From assembly GCA_009785705.1 (NCBI GenBank), contig WQVS01000001.1:72689-109485 (forward strand): a stretch of DNA of 36,797 nt. Reading direction: 5' to 3'. Below are positions 16,704 through 26,684 of this stretch, one piece after another (positions within the stretch are counted from its first letter, which is position 1; every line of letters starts with the position of its first letter). This DNA is from Coriobacteriia bacterium (lineage in GTDB: Bacteria; Actinomycetota; Coriobacteriia; WRKU01; WQUG01). The notes beneath the pieces were generated by a model, which was not told the origin of the DNA, did not search any database, and worked only from the letters and a program-made list of their open reading frames with translations. The translations under genes and the position numbers were made by a program.

Positions 16704-18311
16704 ATGATACTAAACAGAGGAGAGATGATGCTTGTGTCATCACAGCAAGACACAAAGACAATTAGAAACTTACTATGTACAGCCTTGGGCCAGTCTTGTC
16801 CTGGCATTGTCAATTTTCCTCTTCACTTACACGACCTTGACGTCAGTGCCATTGTTCATGATAGTCGACAGGTAGTGCCAGGCAGCCTCTTTTTTGCCAT
16901 TGAAGGTTATGCAAGCGATGGTCATCAATATGCAGAATCTGCCCTAAAGGCAGGTGCTCTTGCGGTTGTCGCACAAAAGGCTCCCGTGGGAGATATAGAC
17001 CCAAATTCAATCATTATGGTTGAAGACAGCCGTGTTGCATTGGCCTATGCAGCAGCGAGCTTCTATGACTATCCTTCTAGTAAACTCAATATAAGTGGCG
17101 TTACGGGCACAAATGGCAAGACTACGACAATCTATCTTCTTGATGCCATTGCTCGTGCTGCTGGTGAGCAGTCAGGCGTTATCGGTACAGTAGAAAGTAA
17201 GTACAGCCTGCCAGAGAATCCCCATACGGGACTCGCGGAGGAGTGCGCCCATACAACCGCCACCACTACCCCTGATGCGCTACAACTCCAATCTCTTTTT
17301 GCAGAAATGCGTGATGCTGGTGTACAAAGCCTAGCAATGGAAGTATCAAGCCATGCAATTGACATGCATAGGGTAGAACAGACCAGCTTTGCTGCAGTAG
17401 CCTTTACCAATCTCTCCCAAGATCATCTGGACTATCACAACACGATGGAAGAGTATCGTGCCGTGAAAGAACGTCTTTTCTCTGACTTTGAGGCTTCAGC
17501 GCGCGTTATCAATATTGATGATTCTGTGGGTGCAGAGCTTGCTGCACGTCTAAAATTAGAGGGAGTAGAGGTCATTTGTGTTGGTATGAAGACTCCAAGT
17601 ATTGAAGGTTTGAGCTTAGACTTAACAGCAACAGAGTTAGTCCAAGGTTCACATATTACTGAATTCATCCTAACAACACCCAGTAATCCTGATAATCAAG
17701 TTCGTGTGACTTTTCCCTTGGTGGGCACTTACAATGTTGAAAATGCCTTAGTGGCCGCGGGATGTGCCTGGTCACGTGGGATTAGTCTAGAAATCATCGC
17801 AGATGGTCTGTCCAATGCTGCGCAAGTTCCTGGAAGATTAGAACAAATTGAAGAGGGGCAAGATTTTAAAGTATTTGTAGATTATGCTCATACTCCCGAT
17901 GCGCTTTCAACTGCACTTGCTGCAGTTCGTGAGCAGACGCAAGGAAGTGTTTTCGCAGTCTTTGGCTGCGGTGGTGACCGTGACCCTATCAAACGCCCTC
18001 TTATGGCGGCTGCTGCAAGCAAAGAGAGCGATTATGTCGTCGTAACTAGCGATAATCCCCGCAGTGAAGACCCTGCCAGCATTGTTGCAGACGTGCTAGA
18101 AGGCATCAATAGTGATGAAGCAAAGTGTGATGCCATTGTCGATAGGCGAGAAGCCATTTTCCACGCAATTGCTCTAGCGCGTTCAGGGGATTCAATCCTT
18201 ATTGCTGGCAAAGGCCATGAAGACTATCAGATATTTGCTGACCGCACTATCCACTTTGATGACAGAGAAGTTGCACGTGCTGCGCTGGAATGCCTTCACG
18301 CAAGGACATAG
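16704..18311 (+). CDS. murE: UDP-N-acetylmuramoyl-L-alanyl-D-glutamate--2,6-diaminopimelate ligase (MurE)
   Basis: Mur ligase P-loop GVTGTNGKTTT. The C-terminal SDNPRSEDP (DNPR) motif is typical of DAP-adding MurE enzymes. An alternative start is ATG 16725. Confidence 0.92.
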   Translation: MILNRGEMMLVSSQQDTKTIRNLLCTALGQSCPGIVNFPLHLHDLDVSAIVHDSRQVVPGSLFFAIEGYASDGHQYAESALKAGALAVVAQKAPVGDIDPNSIIMVEDSRVALAYAAASFYDYPSSKLNISGVTGTNGKTTTIYLLDAIARAAGEQSGVIGTVESKYSLPENPHTGLAEECAHTTATTTPDALQLQSLFAEMRDAGVQSLAMEVSSHAIDMHRVEQTSFAAVAFTNLSQDHLDYHNTMEEYRAVKERLFSDFEASARVINIDDSVGAELAARLKLEGVEVICVGMKTPSIEGLSLDLTATELVQGSHITEFILTTPSNPDNQVRVTFPLVGTYNVENALVAAGCAWSRGISLEIIADGLSNAAQVPGRLEQIEEGQDFKVFVDYAHTPDALSTALAAVREQTQGSVFAVFGCGGDRDPIKRPLMAAAASKESDYVVVTSDNPRSEDPASIVADVLEGINSDEAKCDAIVDRREAIFHAIALARSGDSILIAGKGHEDYQIFADRTIHFDDREVARAALECLHART

Positions 18312-18335
18312 GCCAGGATAAGGTATATAGACTCC

Positions 18336-19814
18336 ATGTTTGATTTTACTGCTGAATGCATAGCAAAGGTTTGTTCTGGCAAGATAATTGCAGGAACCTC
18401 TGACAGAATAGCTCAGTCTTGCTGCATTGATTCTCGACAGGCAGAACAGGGCAGTCTTTTTGCTGCTTTTGTGGGCAAGCAGGTAGATGGCCATGATTAC
18501 CTCGCATCTGCCGTAGAAAAGGGGGCTAGCGTAGCTCTTATTAGTCGGACTGACCATGACCTGGCTCCCTTCGCAGCAAGTACCACAATCATTCTGGTAG
18601 AAGATGTTCTAACAGCCCTGCAAGACCTTGCAAAATATCAGCGCTCACTCCTCAACTGTCCTGTGATTGGTATTACGGGCTCTTCAGGAAAAACCTCTAC
18701 TAAGGAACTACTTAAGGGCGCACTAGAGACTACTTTAAAGGTCATTGCTACTGAAGGAAACTACAATAATGAGCTAGGAGTCCCCTTAACTCTGCTTCGC
18801 GTCAAGCAAGATACAGAGGCAGTCATCCTGGAAATGGGAATGAGGGGTCTAGGTCAAATCACTGAACTGACAGACATTGCTAGTCCCAGTATGAGCATCA
18901 TCACTACTATTGGAGATGCCCACATTGAAATGCTCGGTAGCAGAAAAAACATTGCGCAAGCAAAGGGTGAAATTTTTGAAGCACTCTCTAGTGAGCGGCT
19001 TGCTTTCATGCCAGCAAAAATAGACTTTGCTGATTATTTGCACCGCGTTTGCAAGGCACCCATATTCACTGTGGCACTCGAAGACTCTATCTGTGCTTTG
19101 CAGCAGAGCAAGGCAAGCATCAGCGCTCATATCACTGGTTTTGATGCGCAGGGCAATGCTACAGCTGTCGTCCTTTCCTCTCTAGGACATGAGCTAGATA
19201 TGAAGCTAGCTATCCCTGGTGAGCACAGCATCCAAAATGCCTTACTTGCTCTTGCCGTCGCAAAGGCTCTAGGTATCGATGAAGCTGCCGCGATTAAAGG
19301 GATTGAAGGAGTACAGCCGGCCGAAATGCGTATGCAGCGCGCCTTAGTGAATACTTTAGCTGATATCCAAGACACAAGTATCCTTGTAGACTGTTATAAC
19401 GCTAACCCAGAATCCACGGCAGTCTCACTGAAGACCCTGGCTGTTTCAGAACTGGGGGATGCAAGGACTGGTATACGCATTGCCATCCTAGGTGACATGC
19501 TAGAAATGGGAGAGCACAGTGCAAGAGTCCACAAGGAAATGCTTCTTTTAGCAGGCCTGCTTAATATCACCCTTGTCTATACCTTTGGCCCAGCCTATAG
19601 TTTGGCAACGCAAGACGTATTACGTGAACTGAGCGCGGGATTAAGTACTGAAAATATTCCTGAATTGCGCTCTTTCACAGATATGGATCTACTTATTAAG
19701 AGTCTTGCAGGTGAGCTAACATCAGGTTCGCTCATATTGATTAAAGGGTCGCGTGGTATGCAGCTAGAACGCATCAAAGAAGCATTAAGTATAGAAGGAG
19801 ATTGTCCATGTTAG
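18336..19814 (+). CDS. murF: UDP-N-acetylmuramoyl-tripeptide--D-alanyl-D-alanine ligase (MurF)
   Basis: P-loop GITGSSGKTSTKE, NYNNELGVPLTLL, and C-terminal IKGSRGMQLE. Confidence 0.92.
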   Translation: MFDFTAECIAKVCSGKIIAGTSDRIAQSCCIDSRQAEQGSLFAAFVGKQVDGHDYLASAVEKGASVALISRTDHDLAPFAASTTIILVEDVLTALQDLAKYQRSLLNCPVIGITGSSGKTSTKELLKGALETTLKVIATEGNYNNELGVPLTLLRVKQDTEAVILEMGMRGLGQITELTDIASPSMSIITTIGDAHIEMLGSRKNIAQAKGEIFEALSSERLAFMPAKIDFADYLHRVCKAPIFTVALEDSICALQQSKASISAHITGFDAQGNATAVVLSSLGHELDMKLAIPGEHSIQNALLALAVAKALGIDEAAAIKGIEGVQPAEMRMQRALVNTLADIQDTSILVDCYNANPESTAVSLKTLAVSELGDARTGIRIAILGDMLEMGEHSARVHKEMLLLAGLLNITLVYTFGPAYSLATQDVLRELSAGLSTENIPELRSFTDMDLLIKSLAGELTSGSLILIKGSRGMQLERIKEALSIEGDCPC

Positions 19815-20929
19815 CTGGCCTTGCTCAGTATCCTGCTTTTCAGGTCTTCATGACCCTTAGCCTGTCAGTGGTATTGGTTGCCATGATTACACCTTTGTTG
19901 ATTAGCTTTTTGCAAAAGCGAGATATCGGTCAGCAGATTAGGGCAGAGGGCATTCAAGAGCATCTTGTAAAGCATGGAACACCTACCATGGGTGGAATTG
20001 TTATCCTACTTGTTGCAGCTGCGCTATTTACAGCGATGGTGGTCTTTGTTCATCCAATGATTGCCAATGCCAGTGCACATCGCATTGAGATGTTTAACAC
20101 GGGAGTTCGCGCGGGTATCACCGTGTTGCTCTGCATGCTGGGCTGCGGTCTACTGGGCTTTATTGATGACTATATTAAAGTTGCGAAAAAGCGCAGCTTA
20201 GGACTCTCTGCTCGCGCGAAAATTGTAGGACAGCTACTAATCGCCATAGGAACTACCCTTGCAGCAATCAATTGGGTGGGCGTATCAGCAAATATCTATG
20301 TTCCTTTGACGGATTTCTACATTCCCTTATCTCAAGTGGCAAGCTCCTTTACTTTGCCTGCTTTTCTAGGATCTATCACTCTGGTTATCCCGTGGATATA
20401 CTTGCTTTTTGCTCTTATTATGATTGTAGGCTTGACCAATGCCGTTAATCTTACCGATGGTCTTGATGGTTTAGCAGCAGGCACTGTTACTATCGTGACT
20501 TTAGTTTTTGCAGCCATTGCTTATGCTTCAGGTTCGCTTCCTCTTGCCATTATTGCAACTGCCATTGCTGGTGGCTGTATCGGCTTTCTCTGGTGGAATT
20601 GTTATCCTGCAAAAATATTTATGGGAGATACGGGATCTTTAGCCTTGGGTGGAGCTATCGCAGGCTTAGCTCTAGTGACAAAAACAGAATTGCTCGTTGT
20701 TATCATTGGGGGGATTTTTGTCATTGAAGCCCTGTCTGTAGTGATTCAAGTGCTGGTATTTAAAATGACTGGTAAGCGTGTTTTCAAGATGGCACCCATC
20801 CATCACCACTTCGAAATGATGAAGTGGTCAGAAACTACCATTATGGTGCGTTTCTGCATTATTACAGGATGTATGGCAGCCTTTGGTTTCGCACTCTTCT
20901 TCTATGAGCTGACACGTGTGGGCGGATAA
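19808..20929 (+). CDS. mraY: Phospho-N-acetylmuramoyl-pentapeptide transferase (MraY)
   Basis: Ten-TM protein with IDDYIK, NAVNLTDGLDGLA, GDTGSLALGG and APIHHHFE motifs. It overlaps the murF stop by 7 nt. Confidence 0.95.
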   Translation: MLAGLAQYPAFQVFMTLSLSVVLVAMITPLLISFLQKRDIGQQIRAEGIQEHLVKHGTPTMGGIVILLVAAALFTAMVVFVHPMIANASAHRIEMFNTGVRAGITVLLCMLGCGLLGFIDDYIKVAKKRSLGLSARAKIVGQLLIAIGTTLAAINWVGVSANIYVPLTDFYIPLSQVASSFTLPAFLGSITLVIPWIYLLFALIMIVGLTNAVNLTDGLDGLAAGTVTIVTLVFAAIAYASGSLPLAIIATAIAGGCIGFLWWNCYPAKIFMGDTGSLALGGAIAGLALVTKTELLVVIIGGIFVIEALSVVIQVLVFKMTGKRVFKMAPIHHHFEMMKWSETTIMVRFCIITGCMAAFGFALFFYELTRVGG

Positions 20930-20960
20930 TTCTGCATATGAAGAGAGGCAAGACTAAATA

Positions 20961-22544
20961 GTGCATGATGGGCAGGAACATAATACTGAGCAATTTGCTG
21001 AGAATGTGCATCTGCAAGCAAAAAGTCCTTCCAGAGACAGCTTTGAGAAGGTTCTTATTGTAGGTGTTGGCAAGAGCGGTCAATCGACTGCTCGATTTTT
21101 GCTGAAATCTGCTAAGCAATTAGGCATGAAGTCATTGACTCTTGTAGATTCTGCTCAATCAGACAGCCTCGATGTTTTTCTTGAGAAGCTTCACCGGGAT
21201 ACTCCTACTGAAATGGGGCTACATGCTCACTTTGGAGTAGAGCAAGTACCTGCAGCGCCAACAGACTTAGCAAAAGGCGCTCAAGACAACGGGCTGAACG
21301 TTACAGGCACAGAAGAGAAGTCTTACGATATTTGCATTATTACTCCTGGACTTGCTCCGCATACTAGTCTTGCGAAATCTGCCTACGCCCAGTCCCATGA
21401 AGTTGTTTCTGAGCTTGAACTTGCTTATCGTCTATCGCCAGCAGGATTGAACTGGATTGCGATTACAGGAACTAATGGTAAGACTACAACTACAGAACTG
21501 GTTCGCGAAGTTCTTTCAGCCAAAGCAGACGTTCAGGTTTTTAGCGTAGGCAATATTGGTACTCCAGCACTGGAATTGTTAAACAGAGTGCGTCCAGGCG
21601 ATTACTTTGTTGCAGAGATTAGCTCCTTTCAAGCAGCGCGCTTGGGTAAATTCCGGCCACAGGTCGCAGCTCTGCTTAATCTAAGCTCTGACCATCTGGA
21701 TTGGCATAAGAATATTGAAAGTTATGCTGCTGATAAGTGCGAGATTTTTGCAAACTCACGCAATGATGATCTTGTTCTTCTGCCTCATGAAGATTGTCTG
21801 CACGAACAGACACAAGTCTTGATTGCTTCGGCAGCCCGTGCTGCAGTAAAGCGTGGCGCACGAGTAGAAACAATCTCTGTAGATGACTACTGTCTGCCTG
21901 CAGATGAAAAAGAGCTTAACTTAAAGGGAAAGCATAACTTAACGAATGCCTGCTTTGCCACTGCGATTGGACGCTATTGTAAAGTGCCAGATGCAGATAT
22001 AGCCCAGGCACTAAAAGACTTTTCACCGCAGCCACATCGAATGCAAGAAATTGGAACTTTCGAAGAAGTCATCTATGTAAATGACTCGAAGTCGACCAAT
22101 TCTGATGCAAGCATTTCTGCATTAAGTGCTTATGCAGGTTTAGAGCTTACTTTGCTTTTAGGGGGACAGGGGAAAGGTGCAGATTATCTTGACCTGGCGA
22201 AAGCTGCTCTAGCACGTGCACAAACTATACTTCTTTTTGGACAAGCAGCTAAAGAATTGAATTCTTGCTTCTCTGCGCTTTCGACTGATATCGCAGAAGG
22301 GCAGCAGATATTAAGCTTTGAGACCATGAGAGACGCTGTATTTTTCGCATGTAAACATGCGGATTCACAGCAAGTAGTGATGCTTTCCCCGGCAAATGCC
22401 TCATTTGATGAATTTGATAACTATGAACAGCGAGGACTCTACTTCAAGGCACTCGTCGAGACCTTTTATTCGACTGTAGCAGCGATTGACACACCTTTAT
22501 CCTCTTCAATTTGCCAAGACTTAGATGCTGCAGGGGAAATCTAA
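20961..22544 (+). CDS. murD: UDP-N-acetylmuramoylalanine--D-glutamate ligase (MurD), with an N-terminal extension and an enlarged N-domain
   Basis: VGVGKSG Rossmann loop and P-loop ITGTNGKTTTTEL. The GTG 20961 start is uncertain because about 30 aa precede the conserved KVLIVGVGKSG. 527 aa as tracked. Confidence 0.88.
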   Translation: MHDGQEHNTEQFAENVHLQAKSPSRDSFEKVLIVGVGKSGQSTARFLLKSAKQLGMKSLTLVDSAQSDSLDVFLEKLHRDTPTEMGLHAHFGVEQVPAAPTDLAKGAQDNGLNVTGTEEKSYDICIITPGLAPHTSLAKSAYAQSHEVVSELELAYRLSPAGLNWIAITGTNGKTTTTELVREVLSAKADVQVFSVGNIGTPALELLNRVRPGDYFVAEISSFQAARLGKFRPQVAALLNLSSDHLDWHKNIESYAADKCEIFANSRNDDLVLLPHEDCLHEQTQVLIASAARAAVKRGARVETISVDDYCLPADEKELNLKGKHNLTNACFATAIGRYCKVPDADIAQALKDFSPQPHRMQEIGTFEEVIYVNDSKSTNSDASISALSAYAGLELTLLLGGQGKGADYLDLAKAALARAQTILLFGQAAKELNSCFSALSTDIAEGQQILSFETMRDAVFFACKHADSQQVVMLSPANASFDEFDNYEQRGLYFKALVETFYSTVAAIDTPLSSSICQDLDAAGEI

Positions 22545-24103
22545 TGGCAGATAATAAGCGCAAAAAGCAGGCAAAGGCAGCTTTGCCAAAGTTCAACTTG
22601 AGTGCAAATTTGCCCGAGTGGGGAGGGAGCCCCGTGGCACGCTATCTCATTTTGATAGCAATCACTGTGCTGGTTGGCATAAGTCTTATTATGGCTTTTT
22701 CAGCTTCAAGTAATGATGCTGTTATCCGTCAAGTTCAGCGCGAGTTTGCAGCACAAAGCCAAGAATACTTAAGCCCAGAGCAGGCTATTGAGTTAGAACT
22801 TGACTATTATGCTGCACTTGAAGAGGCTCTGGAGGGAGCACAAGCTGGCGAAACACAGGGAGCAGCGGATTTATCAAATGAAAGCTCAGGCTTATTGGGC
22901 TTTGTTGCTACCTTATTCACCTCTGCCTATGCCGCAGGCTTCAGACATCTAGTCTTTGCTATCGTCGGTGCGATTATTGCTATTCTCATAGCTCGATTGG
23001 ATTACAGAAAGCTTGCACCCTACATGGTTCCCATTGCGTGGGGATTGCTACTGATGTTGTTGTTTCTAGCAATTGCAGGAAGGCCGGTACTGGGATCAGC
23101 GCGCTGGATTGACCTTGGTATATTCTCCTTCCAGCCTTCAGAGTTTGCAAAGCCTGTCCTGTTATTTCTCATGGCATCCTATTGTGCTTGGGCAAAAGAT
23201 GCCGATGATAAGGGGCCAGAGCGACAGAAGACTCAAGCATCCTTGCCCCTTTATCGTCGAGACTGGATTATGCCAGCGATTCTTATAGGAGGCAGCGTAC
23301 TTGCAATTTTTGCTTCTCCTGACGTTGGTACTGTTCTTATTATTGGTGTTGGCCTCTTTACTGCCTATGTGTTGTCGGGTTGGCCTTGGGGGCGCCTTGT
23401 CGCAGGACTCGGGGGCTTGGGTGTACTTTTCTTAGGAAGAATTTTTCTTATGGACGGTGGCTATCAACAGCGCCGCGTATTTGAATTTATTACACGTTGG
23501 ACTGATGGTGTTGTTCCTCATCAAACCTGGCAAGCAGAGCTTGCTTTAGGCTCAGGCGGCATCTTAGGTCTTGGACCTGGTTTATCGCGCCAGAAATTCC
23601 GCTATTTACCTGAAGCTCATAACGATTTCATCATTGCGATTTTAGGTGAAGAGTTGGGTCTTATAGGGGTATTTTTAGTTCTGATTGCTTTTGCCTTCAT
23701 TCTGTGGGGAGGGCTGCACATTGCTTCGCGTGCTAAAGACCGTCTAGGTACTGCTATTGCCGGTGGTGCAACAGTACTCATTGTTTTCCAGGCACTCCTT
23801 AACATTTTCGCCGTGATAAGTTTAGGTCCGGTAACAGGAAAGCCACTACCTTTCATTACACTGGGTGGCTCTGCGATGATAAGTGCCTTTATATTAATTG
23901 GTCTCATATTCTCTGTTGCGCGCTATGGACAGCTTGCTCCAGAAGAAGGAAAAGTCAGGCAGAGTACTACAGAGAAAAAGCCCCCGAAGACTAGACGAAA
24001 ACTTAGAGTAGAGGAAGTAAAGGAGCCCGAGGACGATGAAGATGATTTTGAGTGGCGGTGGGACAGCGGGGCACATATATCCGGCCCTCGCTCTCGCAGA
24101 TGA
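22544..24103 (+). CDS. ftsW: SEDS-family peptidoglycan glycosyltransferase FtsW
   Basis: Motifs PSEFAKP and LPEAHNDFIIAILGEELGLIG with ten-TM topology. ATG 22544 overlaps the murD stop (TAATG). An acidic insertion follows TM1, and a charged C-terminal tail runs into murG. Confidence 0.9.
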   Translation: MADNKRKKQAKAALPKFNLSANLPEWGGSPVARYLILIAITVLVGISLIMAFSASSNDAVIRQVQREFAAQSQEYLSPEQAIELELDYYAALEEALEGAQAGETQGAADLSNESSGLLGFVATLFTSAYAAGFRHLVFAIVGAIIAILIARLDYRKLAPYMVPIAWGLLLMLLFLAIAGRPVLGSARWIDLGIFSFQPSEFAKPVLLFLMASYCAWAKDADDKGPERQKTQASLPLYRRDWIMPAILIGGSVLAIFASPDVGTVLIIGVGLFTAYVLSGWPWGRLVAGLGGLGVLFLGRIFLMDGGYQQRRVFEFITRWTDGVVPHQTWQAELALGSGGILGLGPGLSRQKFRYLPEAHNDFIIAILGEELGLIGVFLVLIAFAFILWGGLHIASRAKDRLGTAIAGGATVLIVFQALLNIFAVISLGPVTGKPLPFITLGGSAMISAFILIGLIFSVARYGQLAPEEGKVRQSTTEKKPPKTRRKLRVEEVKEPEDDEDDFEWRWDSGAHISGPRSRR

Positions 24104-25220
24104 GCTACGTAGCCGTCAGATAGAGTTGTCTTTCGTGGGCACAGCCTCAGGACCTGAGGCTCAACTGGCAGCAGATGCAGACATAGATTTCACGGCGATT
24201 TCAACGGGGGGCTTTGATCGCTCAAGGCCTTTGACCTTACTTACTTCAGGATTAAAGGCGCTGTGGGGTATCAGACAGGCATTATCATTACTTAAAAAAG
24301 AGCATCCTGCAGCTGTAGTATGCTTTGGCGGTTATGTTAGTGTTCCAGTAGGAATTGCAGCTACTATGCGCAAAATTCCACTTATTGTACATGAGCAAAA
24401 CTCGCATGTCGGGATGACAAATCGCCTACTTGCAGCTAGTGCCAACTACCTTGCGTTAACCTATCCAGAAACTGCTGGTTTACCCCAAGATATGAAGGCA
24501 AGCTGTGAGCATATTGGAAATCCTGTTAGAAAGTCTGTTCATAGTGCTGACGGCGCACGTGCGCGAGCAGAATTAGGCATTCCCACTACAGCACAGGTGC
24601 TCCTGATATTTGGAGGCAGCAGAGGTGCACGCAATATCAATCAGGCATCCCTTGCAGCTGCGCAGCACTTATTGACCCAGCGGCCCAATCTGCACATTGT
24701 TCACGGCACAGGAAAGCTTGAATATGACACGGTCGTAAAGGGCTTGGAAAAGCTGTTCGAAACCTACCCTGATTTGAGGTCACGTTACCATGCTTTGCCC
24801 TATATTGAGAATATGGGCGATGTTATGGATAGTGCAGACCTTGTAGTAGCACGTGCAGGGGCTACGTCTATAGCTGAATTAACGGTACTGGGTAAACCTT
24901 CTGTATTGATACCCTATCCTTATGCAACTGATGACCACCAGACTACCAATGCGCAGGCGCTCGTTGATTTGGGCGGTGCTAGACTTATTGCTGACAAACA
25001 ATTGCAGCCGAAAAATCAAGCAATAGAAGATCAGAGTGCAGATTACACCTCAGGAACCAATGAAGACAACCCTTCAGTTTTCGTAGAGACTCTCTTAGAA
25101 TTGACAGGTAATGCGCAGATGCTTGCTGCGATGGCAAAGCATGCCTTAGATATGGGTAAGCCTAATGCGGCTGAGGCGCTTGCAGATGCAATTGTGAACT
25201 TGCTTGATGACAAGCAGTAA
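24036..25220 (+). CDS. murG: Undecaprenyldiphospho-muramoylpentapeptide beta-N-acetylglucosaminyltransferase (MurG)
   Basis: The N-terminal G-loop LSGGGTAGHIYPALALA is present, as are the C-terminal ARAGATSIAEL and DDHQTTNA motifs. The start is ATG 24036 or ATG 24042, the latter 9 nt after GAGGA. Confidence 0.92.
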   Translation: MKMILSGGGTAGHIYPALALADELRSRQIELSFVGTASGPEAQLAADADIDFTAISTGGFDRSRPLTLLTSGLKALWGIRQALSLLKKEHPAAVVCFGGYVSVPVGIAATMRKIPLIVHEQNSHVGMTNRLLAASANYLALTYPETAGLPQDMKASCEHIGNPVRKSVHSADGARARAELGIPTTAQVLLIFGGSRGARNINQASLAAAQHLLTQRPNLHIVHGTGKLEYDTVVKGLEKLFETYPDLRSRYHALPYIENMGDVMDSADLVVARAGATSIAELTVLGKPSVLIPYPYATDDHQTTNAQALVDLGGARLIADKQLQPKNQAIEDQSADYTSGTNEDNPSVFVETLLELTGNAQMLAAMAKHALDMGKPNAAEALADAIVNLLDDKQ

Positions 25221-25256
25221 GCTAAATAGCTTGATATGCATAAGGATATGTAAAGA

Positions 25257-26684
25257 ATGACAGTAGCTTCAAAAAATAGCTCAGATAACAACTTGGACAA
25301 TAGGCCTGTATATGCTCACTTCATTGGTGTTGGCGGTGCAGGGATGAGTGCTCTTGCACTTGTATTGCTACAGCGCGGGGTCAGAATAACGGGATCCGAC
25401 TTGAAAGAAAGTCGCTATACGCGCACACTTCAGTCTGCGGGTATGGATGTCTTTATTGGCCATGATGCTGCCAATCTGGGCAACCCGGAAGTTGTGGTTA
25501 TTTCTACCGCAATTCCAGAAGAGAAGAATCCTGAACTAAGAGAAGCGCGTCGCAGGAATCTGCCTGTTTGGAAAAGGGCTCAGATGCTTGCAGAAATCAC
25601 CAAAGACATAACGACCCTTGCTGTTGCAGGAACTCACGGAAAAACTTCAACCAGCTCAATGCTTGCAAATACCCTTGAAGTGTTGGGTAAAAATCCAGGA
25701 TTTTGCATCGGCGGGGAAGTAGATGCTTTTTCAGCAAATGCACGTGAGGGCTCTGGTGACCTGCATGTAGTAGAGGCTGACGAAAGTGATGGCTCCTTTG
25801 TTTGGCTGACTCCGCAGATTGCGATTATCACCAACCTAGAACAAGAGCATGTTGATCACTACGATTCTTACGAACAATTAGAGCAAGTCTTCGCAGACTT
25901 TATCGGTCGTATTCCTGAAGAGGGACTTCTTGTCGCCTGCGGCGATGATAAGGAATTGCTAGAGCTAGGTAGGGCCTCAGGAAAAAACATGTTGACCTAC
26001 GGTTCAGGGGCCGACTGCAATATTCGCTATTCGAATGTTAGACCTTTTGCGGGCAAGCCTGGTTCAGACTTCATTATTGAATATCAAGGTCAGTCTTATC
26101 CTGCAAGTATTACTTTGCCAGGTGAACACATGGTGTCTAATGCAACTGCCGTGTTCGCAACTGTCGTTAGCTTGGGAGTCAGTCCACAAGAAGCCGCTTC
26201 AGCTCTTGGAAGTTTCCAGGGAGTACGTCGCCGCTTTGAATTCACAGGGGAATGTGGCGGGGTTACTCTTGTTGACGACTATGGTCATCACCCTACTGAA
26301 ATTGCAGTAACTCTTGAAGGGGCAAAGAACCTGGGCTACAAGCGAACCGTTGTTGTCTTCCAGCCGCATCGCTATAGCCGAACTCAAGCCTTTGAGCAAG
26401 AATTCGGATCTGCTTTCAAGCACGCGGATTTAGTAATACTTACAGATGTATTTAGTGGGGGAGAAACTCCCATTCCTGGAATCTCTGGGCGCACTATAGT
26501 GAATTCGATTTTGAATTGCAATCCTGATGCGCAGGTTGTGTGGTTGCCACGCAGACAGAATTTATCGGACTATCTTTGCAAAAATACAAGGTCAGGAGAT
26601 CTGCTCATTACTATGGGGGCAGGAGATGTGACGGGCGTTGGCCCAGAATTTGTTCGCGAACAGCATGAGCGCCAGATTAAGTAA
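25257..26684 (+). CDS. murC: UDP-N-acetylmuramate--L-alanine ligase (MurC)
   Basis: HFIGVGGAGMSALA, P-loop AGTHGKTSTSSM, DDYGHHPTEI. Confidence 0.95.
   Translation: MTVASKNSSDNNLDNRPVYAHFIGVGGAGMSALALVLLQRGVRITGSDLKESRYTRTLQSAGMDVFIGHDAANLGNPEVVVISTAIPEEKNPELREARRRNLPVWKRAQMLAEITKDITTLAVAGTHGKTSTSSMLANTLEVLGKNPGFCIGGEVDAFSANAREGSGDLHVVEADESDGSFVWLTPQIAIITNLEQEHVDHYDSYEQLEQVFADFIGRIPEEGLLVACGDDKELLELGRASGKNMLTYGSGADCNIRYSNVRPFAGKPGSDFIIEYQGQSYPASITLPGEHMVSNATAVFATVVSLGVSPQEAASALGSFQGVRRRFEFTGECGGVTLVDDYGHHPTEIAVTLEGAKNLGYKRTVVVFQPHRYSRTQAFEQEFGSAFKHADLVILTDVFSGGETPIPGISGRTIVNSILNCNPDAQVVWLPRRQNLSDYLCKNTRSGDLLITMGAGDVTGVGPEFVREQHERQIK

Noticed and set aside
18192-18557. 121-aa minus-strand ORF spanning the murE-murF junction
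   Set aside because: It is antisense to two strongly supported Mur ligase genes and has no SD or motifs.
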